A DNA stretch of 64,000 nt from Podarcis erhardii (lineage: Eukaryota), in assembly GCA_964252035.1 (NCBI GenBank), contig OZ176208.1. One strand, given 5' to 3'. The notes under the pieces are model-generated. The model was not told the origin of the DNA, did no database searches, and worked only from the letters and a program-made list of their open reading frames with translations. The position numbers were made by a program, and so were the translations under genes. This document shows, piece after piece, positions 24,842 to 34,008 of the stretch. The stretch's first letter is position 1; the number at the start of each line of letters is the position of its first letter.

Positions 24842-24999
24842 AGTAGCAGCAGCATTGTTATTAGTAGCATTATTATTATTGTATTTTAATCAACTTGGTT
24901 TTATTATTGGTTATTAGCCGCCCTGAGCCCGGTCTTGGGGAGGGCGGGGTATAAATAGAAATTTAGTAGTAGTAGTAGTAGTAGTATTAGCAGCAGTAT

Positions 25000-25850
25000 T
25001 GTTACTAGCCCGTTTGGCTCTTCTTGCCCAGCGGACCCCCCACCCGGCCTCCAGCTTGGCCCTCCCTTCCCTTCCCCTTCGGGTACCTGAGGTTCATGTC
25101 CCCGTTGACCAGGAGCGACATGATGTTGGAGAGGTTCCCCCCGGGGCAGCACCCGCACAGCAGGACGGTGACGGCTGCCACCTCGTCGAGGGCGAAGACG
25201 AGCGCCATCAGGAAAGCCACGAAGGGCATGAGCCCGAACTGGCACAGCAGCGCCAGCAGCAAGCCCAGGGGCCGCCTCAGCTGCGCGCCCAGCTGGCTCA
25301 GCTCCACCGTGCAGCCCAAGCCCAGCATGGCCACGAAGAGAGCCAGCGCCACGAAGACGCTCAGAGCCTGGTTCAAAGGGGTGTTCCAGAAAGACGCAGA
25401 GCCGCTGTCTTCTCCGGGCGCCAAGCCGGCCGTGGGCGCCCACGTCGCAGCCGGGCTGGGGACGGGGCTCTCGCTCCCGCTGCCTGAGGAGACCGTGAGG
25501 TTCCCGCGCTCTTCCCAGGAGCTGTCCATGGCTCCAGGCGTGCGTCTCCCTCGGACGCTGAGCTTCAAGTGAGGCGAGAAGTGGGGCGCGCCTGAGGAGC
25601 CCCCGTCAGTTGGGGACAGACAGACAGACGGGTGGACGAATGAGAGGGGGAAGCAGCTGAGGAGGCTGTCTGTGCGTCTGTCAGTCACTGCAACAGGCGC
25701 CCTCCGCCGCTCCTTCAGGACCTTGCCTCGCCGGCGGCCACATCCTTGGGAAGCTCTCGCGCGCCAAACTCACCGCTTTATTGGCTCTTTCCCGCCGGCG
25801 GCGGCGGATGGATTTCTTGCACCGCATCACGTGTCAGTGAGTACCTTGCG
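25000..25850. promoter_or_regulatory. CpG island / promoter of SLC10A4, with CCAAT box (plus-strand attgg 25780-25784) and E-box CACGTG (25828-25833)
   Basis: GC/CpG-dense; motifs read directly; boundaries approximate. Confidence 0.75.
25087..25529 (-). CDS. SLC10A4: SLC10A4 (solute carrier family 10 member 4) exon 1, MDSSWEERGNLT...CCPGGNLSNIMSLLVNGDMNL(S)
   Basis: ATG in good context (gccATGg) at 25529; SBF motif CPGGNLSN; donor CTCAG|gtaccc, 443 nt. Three exons total 391 aa. The track ORF starts at an upstream non-ATG codon. Confidence 0.94.
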
Positions 25851-26270
25851 CTCCTTCTCTACAAAGCACAGGCGCCTTCTTTCCAATCTCGTTTCCAAAC
25901 TGCGGTTTTTGTTCTATTTCGTTTTCAGAATTAAAACACACACACAGAGAGAGAGAAATCCATGACTGAAACCCTCCAGAGAAATTTCCGCTTGAGAAGA
26001 AAACTTAGTGCCACTCCCCTGAAAAACCTTCAAATTCTTTGCACCTCCTGGTTACAAATGCAGGCGAAATTCAGGCGATATTTCATCCCTTTCCATAGCT
26101 GTCAACGTTTCCCTTTTTTAAGGGAAATTCCCTTATTCCGAACAGGATTCCCCGCAAGAAAAGGGGAAAGTTGATAGCTATGCTCCTCTGCCCTGGAAAG
26201 TGAGCAGAGTGAGACTCTTTCTGCCTTTCCTTTCCTTCCCCACCCCACCCTCCAAATTATTCAGGTATTT

Positions 26271-26380
26271 TGGCAGAGCAGGACCATCCAAATTTTCTTT
26301 GGATGTTTCACTTTTTTTTTGGCATCTTGGCCGAGCAGGACCATCCAAATTTGCTTGGGATATTTCACCTTTTTTTGGCA
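26271..26380. repeat. Two-unit ~57-bp tandem duplication upstream of SLC10A4
   Basis: Core GAGCAGGACCATCCAAATTT exact at 26276-26295 and 26333-26352. Confidence 0.8.
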
Positions 26381-26854
26381 AAATTTGACAGCAATTCCAA
26401 CTATGAACAGCACAAGTTCTAATCATGACTTCTCAGAAGTCCTGTCGAATTTGATAGGGCTTACTCGCAGGTGAACAGCTAGTATTGCAGCCCAATCGAT
26501 TCAAGGGTCCTCCTCTCTGTGACAGGGAGAGTGCATGTTCTCCATCCTTCGGCTATAGTATTTTTATACAAGGGGTGGGGGAATCAATAATTCCATCCGA
26601 CAGTCACAACAGCCGTGAGAAATGAGGTTCCACGAGTGTGCAAGCCCCATTAGTGGCTCTGTCTGCAAGAGCACTTAGCGCCTGGCAGATTGGGCGCATA
26701 AAAACAGGGACCAATTGCACACACTCGCGCTCTGCCATTTTCTGAGCCTTTCTTAAAAATTATCCTTTAAGGCTGAATGCCACCTGAGCACAGGAATAAA
26801 ATGCATGAATGCCAGTGATGCTACCTATCTGCCCCAACCTCAGAAAAAGACATG

Positions 26855-26857
<3 letters not shown>

Positions 26858-26924
<67 letters not shown>
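26858..26924. repeat. (CT)n(AT)n compound microsatellite adjoining the BovB tail
   Basis: Read directly. Confidence 0.9.
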
Positions 26925-27119
26925 TTGTTGTTGTTTAGTCGTGTCCGACTCTTCGTGACCCCCTGGACCAGAGCACGCCAGGCACTCCTGTCTTCCACTG
27001 CCTCCCGCAGTTTGGTCAAACTCATGCTGGTAGCTTCGAGAACACTGTCCAGCCATCTCGTCCTCTGTCGTCCCCTTCTCCTTGTGTCCTTTCCCAACAT
27101 CAGGGTCTTTTCCAGGGAG
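26925..27119 (-). mobile_element. RTE-BovB LINE 3' fragment
   Basis: SLEKTLMLGK..RRRGRQRTRWLDSVLEATSMSL..LREAVEDR.AWRALV.GVTKSRTRLN with an (AAC)n tail. Confidence 0.9.
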
Positions 27120-27307
27120 TGTGTGTGTGTGTGTGTGTGTATTCTTCCAAATCCATGCTCTCCCTGCCCCAATCCATTACAAGAAATAGTGCTATTGTCT
27201 CTTTAAAGAAATGAATGGCACTACAGCCTTAAGCGTAAAGCATATTAAGAGCTCACAACACAGACATGGATGAAGGCTTCCTCCTGCACATGGGCTGGAA
27301 AAAGGAG

Positions 27308-27525
27308 CGGGTGGCAATAGCTTGGTGGTACAATAGCATATGCTTTGCATGCAGACAGTCTTGGGGTCAGACACTGTTGTCTTCAGCCAAAAGGGTTAGG
27401 CAGTAAGTCTTGGGAGAGACCCATTGCTGCTTGAGATCCTGGAGATCTGCTGGTGGTTAAAGTAGCCAAGATGGGGGCGACATGGGCAATGCCTGACAGC
27501 TGGCATAAGGCGATTTCCTATGTTC
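27308..27525 (+). mobile_element. Degraded tRNA-derived SINE (Squam3/MIR-like)
   Basis: ATAGCT..GTGGTA..AGCAT.TGCTTTGCATGCAGA head and ATAAGGC...TTCCTATGTTC tail. Confidence 0.5.
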
Positions 27526-27643
27526 GCATCAGTCATCCTTGTGTGCTGTTGCAAACAAACAGTCCCAACTCCTGGCCTGACTGAGTAAAGCTGGGAAAGC
27601 CTTCTTCCTGAAATCCTGGACAGCTACTGCAGTTAGTGTAGAC

Positions 27644-27845
27644 CATGGGTAGGCAACCTAAGGCCCGGGGGCCGGATCCGGCCTAATTGCCTTCTAAATC
27701 CGGCCCTCAGACAATCCAGGAATCTCTGGGTTAATGGTGGGCATAGGAATTCGTTCATTCCCCCCCCCAAAAAAATAGTCCGGCCCCCCACAAGGACTGA
27801 GGGACAGGGGACTGGCCCCCTGCTGAAAAAGTTTGCTGACCCCTG
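27644..27845. mobile_element. hAT (Charlie-like) MITE, first of a tandem pair
   Basis: Ends CATGGGTAGGCAA...TTTGCTGACCCCTG; 8-bp GTGTAGAC on both sides. Confidence 0.8.
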
Positions 27846-27853
27846 GTGTAGAC

Positions 27854-28110
27854 CATGGGTAGGCAAACTAACCCCTGGGGGCCGGATCTGGCCCAATCAC
27901 CTTCTCAATCCGGCCCTCAGACAATCCAGGAATCAGCATAGTTTTTACATGAGTAGAATGTGTGCTTTTATTTAAAATGCATCTCTGGGTTATTTGTGGG
28001 GCATAGGAATTAATTCATCCCCCCCCCCCCCGCCAAAATATAGTCCAGCTCCCAACAAGGTTTGAGGGACAGTGGACTGGCCCCCTGCTGAAAAAGTTTG
28101 CTGACCCCTG
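27854..28110. mobile_element. hAT (Charlie-like) MITE, second of a tandem pair
   Basis: Same termini as 27644-27845, with extra internal sequence. Confidence 0.8.
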
Positions 28111-28139
28111 GTGTGTGATATTCTGGGACTAGATGAATC

Positions 28140-28367
28140 CAGTGGCGTAGCGTGGGGGGCGCAGGGGGGGCCGGCCGCACCGGGCGCAACATCTGGGGGG
28201 GCGCACTCGCCGCCTCTGGAGTCGCCGAAGAGCCTCGGGCGCAGGCTGTAGCAGAGCCCCATGGCAGCAGCCCAGGCAGCAGCAAGAAGAAGCTGGCAGC
28301 GGCGGCAGGTTAGGGGCGCAAATTACTTGCCTTGCCCCGGGTGCTGACAACCCACGCTACGCCGCTG
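28140..28367. mobile_element. CpG-rich hAT-type MITE (TIR CAGTGGCGTAGCGTGGG)
   Basis: TIR pair CAGTGGCGTAGCGTGGG / CCCACGCTACGCCGCTG; perfect 8-bp TSD GATGAATC at 28132-28139 and 28368-28375. Confidence 0.88.
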
Positions 28368-28603
28368 GATGAATCAATGGGTCTGAGAATATAAGGAATA
28401 TGACAGCATGCCCAGGAAAAAAGGGGGGGCAAATTAAACACTAAATGATGTGGGCGGATGTTGCTCTTTGTGATACAGGCATGATCCAATCGGTGCCTGT
28501 CAAGCAGTGATCTTCTGTTATGTCAACGGCAATAAATAATTATCATGTTTGCTGGGCTGCTGGATTAGAAAGGAGAAGATTGCTTTTTCAAGCCAGCAAT
28601 GTA

Positions 28604-28845
28604 CAGTGGTACCTCAGGTTAAGTACTTAATTCGTTCCAGAGGTCCATTCTTAACCTGAAACTGTTCTTAACCTGAAGCACCACTTTAGCTAATGGGGCC
28701 TCCCGCTGCTGCCGCGCCACCAGAGCACGATTTCTGTTCTTATCCTGAAGCAAAGTTATTAACCCGAGGTACTATTTCTGGGTTAGCAGAGTCTGTAACC
28801 TGAAGCGTCTGTAACCTGAAGCATATGTAACCCAAGGTACCACTG
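28604..28845. mobile_element. MITE family B copy
   Basis: TA|CAGTGGTACC...GGTACCACTG|TA. Confidence 0.9.
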
Positions 28846-29532
28846 TATTGCTGTGAAATTTGCTGGGGAAACTGAATAATATTTCCAAAATCGAATCACT
28901 ACAGGAAGGAAAGTTGTAAGTGTTCCACACAATATATTTAGTGTGGAAGAAACATTAGCAGACAAAAAATATTTCTATTTGGTGATGCACATAGCTATCC
29001 TTGTTTTATAGACACCAATTGAACCTGTCTTTTCTAAGCCTCCCTCCTGTAATTTAAACCTACTGTTATTAGCCCTCTCCTCTACTATTTCTTTCTGATA
29101 ATCTTTTAGATATTGACCCATCTTCTGCCCTCATCCCTCCACTTAATCTTTGTTTCTTCAGGCTAAACATGCTCAGTTCCTTCAGTTTTCCCTGAGGGCA
29201 AGATAAGTGTACAGTCCTTTTTATCTACGAATGTAACTTCTGAAATGTGGGCTGGTGTTAGAGATATTTGCACAGCCATATTCTGCAGAATTTGCTATAG
29301 AGGAACTTTTACACTCAATTTTAGCGAGGACAGCTTTGCACAGAGTAAATAAAATTGTTCCTTTCACTCCAGTTTCTAACCTACCTTTTATTATTTGCAG
29401 TTGAGTTTTGTAGGGTAAATGTTATGTTGAAGGGGGGCGGAAGTAACTCAGCTGTGAGAGCACATTTGCAAGTATAATAACAGAACATTTGTGAAATTGA
29501 TACACCCTAAAGGACAAAAAGGACAAAGAGGA

Positions 29533-29792
29533 GGGACGCAGGTGGCACTGTGGGTTAAACCACAGAGCCTAGGACTTGCCGATCAGAAGGTCGGCAGTTC
29601 GAATCCCCGCTCTGGCGGGAAGGTAAATGGCGTTTCCGTGCACTGCTCTGGTTCGCCAGAAGCGGCTTAGTCATGCTGAGCACATGACCCGGAAGCTGTA
29701 CACTGACTCCCTTGGCCAATAAAGCGAGATGAGCGTCGCAACCCCAGAGTTGGCCACAACTGGACCTAATGGTCAGGGGTCCCTTTACCTTT
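29533..29792 (+). mobile_element. Sauria SINE with a ~91-nt internal deletion
   Basis: Junction GAATCCCCGC|TCTGGCGGG compared with the copy at 61120. Confidence 0.88.
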
Positions 29793-30466
29793 TTAAAGGA
29801 CAAAGTTACATAGTGATTCAATCATCACTATACCACCCTGAGTATTCAGTTCTTAACCAGTGTACTAAACTATCACAAAAAGGGTATGCTAATCAAACAG
29901 GCAGTGTTGTGCAACAGGCAGCCTGTGAGCCAAATCTGGTCCGAAGCCAGCCACTATTCTGCAATGCTGTTTTATTAGCATTTTTAGCTCTGGTTAATTT
30001 TTTCAGTTCTGGGAAATCAGCTGTCCTTAGAAAGCAGAACTGGCTGAAACAAATCGGTTGTGCTGCTGTCTGTGCAATCTCTCTCCAAGAACAGCCACTG
30101 CAGCACTGGTTCTTTCAGTATAGATTAAACATGGCCCCCACTGAAAGAAGCAAATCGAAATGAAAAGAACAAGGCACTCTTGCCCTGTTAGATCTAATAA
30201 GCCAAGCAGGGTAAGGGTTGAGCCATCAGGGGATAGGGAACATCTCCCTAAGGAAAGCACTCTGTACATTGACAGGTAACAATACAACTGAAGCTGATCA
30301 GTTGGTAAGACCATGTCCTAGACCACTCTACCCTAGACTATGTGACAAAAAGCAATATACGTCAGATTGGAAGTGAGCAATTTTTGTCAGTAAACACAGC
30401 ACATTAAGCTTGCAAGGGTTCTCTGGCAACACCCTGGGTTGAATTAGCTCTCTAACTATTAAAATA

Positions 30467-30680
30467 CAGTGGTACCTCAGGTTACATACACTTCAGGTTA
30501 CAGACTCCGCTAACATAGAAATATTACCTCGGGTTATGAACTTTGCTTCAGGATGAGAACAGAAATCGTGCAGCGGCAGCGGGAGGCCCCAGTAGCTAAA
30601 GTGGTGCTTCAGGTTAAGAACAGTTTCAGGTTAAGAACAGACCTCCAGAACGAATTAAGTTTTAACCTGAGGTACCACTG
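30467..30680. mobile_element. MITE family B copy
   Basis: TIRs and TA TSD. Confidence 0.9.
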
Positions 30681-31549
30681 TAGTGTATGTTCTAAACTAC
30701 ATTTGTGTTCTGCAGTAGGCAAACCTTCACAGGCAAACTTTCCAAACTCTGCCTTGTGTTGAAATTTGAGGGTCCAACTTGTGAATGAGATCTCATCCCT
30801 CTTTCTTTCTTTCTCTCCCTTCCCAAAGAGAATAATTTAAAAGGAGTATGAAAAAGGGATAAGAGGGAGAGACAGTAAATATGCATAGTCAGGAGGAAAA
30901 CAAACTGGCTCTGAGTAGCCAATTGCAGGAGTTACATATAGCCTAGAAAGTGGGCATAATACTTTTTGAGGGCTTGGAGAGAAAGTGACCAGGGTGTCAC
31001 TGGCAAGGAGATATGGTACTGTCAGAGGGTTAGACAGCAAACTTTCCTCAGTTGTTGTACTAAGATTTGGTGGATGCTATGTAGTCTGTCAACCTCTAGG
31101 GAATGTAAGCTGAGTGGAACTGGAGGTTTTGAAAGAGACAGGTTGAGGGGAGGCCAGAAGTGTGCCACAGAGAGAAGTAGGAAAAGATGAATGAGCCAGC
31201 TGGGGTTGTGGTATTCACTAGTAAAAAAATGAGGTTTCTGCAAAGGAAAAGAATTGGGTTCAGAGCACACATATCCCCTCAAGCTGTTGCCCTCATAGCT
31301 TCAAGAAGCTTATTGGGGCATTTGACTCTTTCTCCATCACCAATTTTCTGAAGGCTGCAGCGTCTTAAATCCCTCTTCCTTTTTAACAGGGAGGGTGTTA
31401 ACCGTGTCTGGTGTGCAACATCTATATTGGGCCTTAACTAAAAATGGTGGAAAGGGAGATTGCAGTAGTGACAGAAGTTGGGCTCTCAAATTTATTTTAA
31501 AAAAATAAATTTAATTTTTTGCTTTTTCAACTTAAAGTTTTACAGAGAT

Positions 31550-31963
31550 GTGTTGTTGTTTAGTTGTTTAGCAGTGTCCGACTCTTCGTGACCCCATGGA
31601 CCAGAGCACGCCAGGCACTCCTGTCTCCCACTGCCTCTCGCAGTTTAGTCAAACTCATGCTGGTAGCTTCAAGAACACTGTCCAACCATCTTGTCCTCTG
31701 TCGTCTCCTTCTCCTTGTGCCCTCCATCTTTCCCAACATCAGGGTCTTATCCAGGGAGTCTTCTCTTCTCATGAGGTGGCCAAAGTATTGGAGCCTCAGC
31801 TTCACGATCTGTCCTTCCAGTGAGCACTCAGGGCTGATTTCCTTCAGAATACATGGGTTTGATCTTCTTGCAGTCCATGGGACTCTCAAGAGTCTCCTCC
31901 AGCACCATAGTTCAAAAGCATCATTCTTTGGCAGTCAGCCTTCTTTATGGTCCAGCTCTCACT
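31550..31963 (-). mobile_element. RTE-BovB LINE 3' fragment
   Basis: WTARRSN..ILKEISPECSLEG...KLRLQYFGHLMRREDSLDKTLMLGK...RWLD... with an (AAC)n tail. Confidence 0.93.
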
Positions 31964-32652
31964 CAAACATATATAATAAAAACAAGATCCCAAGGAATCT
32001 CCTGGACTTCCATCCTCCCCTTTGTGGGTCCTTTTATTAATCATTTCCTCCCACATCTTTTTTGGGATCTCAAATTTCAGTGGCACACTGTGCAATGATA
32101 AAATCCGTCCCCCACCTCTCACGCTCCATTCTGCAGCCTTGTTTTGGCACCCTCAGCAGCATGGGACGCAGTGCCAACAGGCTGGTCGTGCCACCTTGAA
32201 ACTGCCTCTGATTGTGGACAAACATTCAGAAGACATTCATGCGTACAGCTAACCAACAGCAGTGTGGTGGCTTGACATTTAGAGCACAATGCCCATTGCC
32301 CTCTCCTGCCTCCCTTTTTAAGAGTAGAGGAAGGACCCTATTCTCATTCATCACTCGCAGTCCCTAATGTGCCGTTGGCTCGTCACCCATATGCAGCCGC
32401 TAAGAATGGCTGTCACGTATTTAAGGGTTTCCTGATATATATATATATTTAAATCCTACTATTAATCAGCAAATGAGAACACAGTGACTCAGGAGGACTC
32501 AGTGTTCTAAAAACTGTTCGTCAGTTCTTCCCATTTACATCCATGGCCACCTGCCCAATTCTGTTCTTGGGCACAGGACTTTTGTCAGGCCCACGAAAGG
32601 GCAATATATGTCACCTTTTACCTTACGAAGGATCCACAATGATAAAGGAAAT

Positions 32653-32808
32653 GTCAAAACAAAATAAAAGAAAAAAAAATTCCTTCCAGTAGCACCTTAA
32701 AGACCAACTAAGTTAGTTCTAGGTATGAGCTTTCGTGTGCATGCACACTTCTTCAGATACACGAAATGTCATTTCGTGTATCTGAAGAAGTGTGCATGCA
32801 CACGAAAG
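32653..32808. mobile_element. Miniature Penelope-like insertion: minus-strand hammerhead plus 3' end, followed by an inverted partial hammerhead copy
   Basis: Near-identical to 20700-20794; 39-bp arms 32730-32768 and 32770-32808; flanking direct repeat AAAGGAAATGTCA at 32644-32656 and 32805-32817. Confidence 0.9.
32725..32762 (-). ncRNA. Minimal hammerhead ribozyme motif in the mini-PLE
   Basis: Reverse complement reads GUGUAU CUGAAGA AGUGUGCAUGCACAC GAAA GCUC AUAC. Confidence 0.8.
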
Positions 32809-33025
32809 GAAATGTCATTTCCAAACAAGATGTGGTGTAATGCTCGCAGTTATGGAGAGTGAGTAGGACTTGTATTTAACCGCAAAAAGGCTGTGTATGT
32901 GTGTGAAGAGCATAGAGCATTTCAGCCATTCATGGAATAGTCTTATTAGCTGCCCTTCACCAGAAGGTCCTCAGGTGGGTTCCAGCAATATAAAATACAG
33001 GATTAATATATTTTGAAACAAATTA

Positions 33026-33256
33026 CAGTGGTACCTCGGGTTACAGACGCTTCAGGTTACATTCGCTTCAGGTTACAGACTCCGCTAACCCAGAAATAGT
33101 ACCTCTGGTTAAGAACTTTGCTTCAGGGTGAAAACAGAAATCGTGCGGCAGCAGTGGGAGGCCCCATTAGCTAAAGTGGTAACTGAGGTTAAGAACAGTT
33201 TCAGGTTAAGAACAGACCTCCGGAACGAATTAAGTTCTTAACCTGAGGTACCACTG
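33026..33256. mobile_element. MITE family B copy
   Basis: TIRs and TA TSD. Confidence 0.9.
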
Positions 33257-33657
33257 TACAATGGCAACTAGAGTGGGTCTTATATGTGTATGCAGGGACA
33301 AAACTAAGCTTTATTTCACCTGGATCAAAGACCCATTTTGGCATCCCTTCATGCACCCCTCTGGAGGCTCCCCCCAGTGCAAAAAACCCAGCTAGCCCCC
33401 CTGTAGCGATGGCACTGCTGTCTGGGTAAGCTGGGAGAGACCATGCTGAAAATGTGAAGAATATGCTTAATTTATAATATAATAATGGCTCAAGTTATTA
33501 GGTATTATAATGTATCTTGATATTTACAGAAATATCCATACTTTAGGATTATATCCTCTCTTTTTGAGAGGGAAATTTTAATATATATATACACACACAT
33601 CCCCATGCACACAGTATAATAAATGGCTCAAGGACAAAGCATAATATCTTTTTCCTT

Positions 33658-34008
33658 AAAGGTAAAGGTACCCCTGCCCGTTCGGGCCAGTCTTGCCAGA
33701 CTCTAGGGTTGTGCGCTCATCTCACTCTATAGGCTGGGAGCCAGCGCTGTCCGCAGACACTTCTGGGTCACGTGGCCAGTGTGACAAGCTGCATCTGGCG
33801 AGCCAGCACAGCACACGGAACACCATTTACCTTCCCGCTGGTAAGCGGTCCCTATTTATCTACTTGCACCCGGAGGTGCTTTCGAACTGCTAGGTTGGCA
33901 GGCGCTGGGACCGAACGTTGGGAGTGCACCCCGCCGCGGGGATTTGAACTGCCGACCATGCGATCGGCAAGTCCTAGTCGTTGAGGTTTTACCCACAGCG
34001 CCACCCGC
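33658..34008 (-). mobile_element. Sauria SINE, divergent subfamily
   Basis: AAAGGTAAAGG tail; diagnostic differences from the other copies; TSD TTTTTCCTTAA at 33649-33659 and 34011-34021. Confidence 0.88.

Noticed and set aside
24904-25688. Alternative-frame ORFs (162-182 aa) and the upstream-extended 227-aa ORF at SLC10A4 exon 1
   Set aside because: GC-rich shadow ORFs. The true start is the ATG at 25529 and the frame leaves at the 25087 donor.
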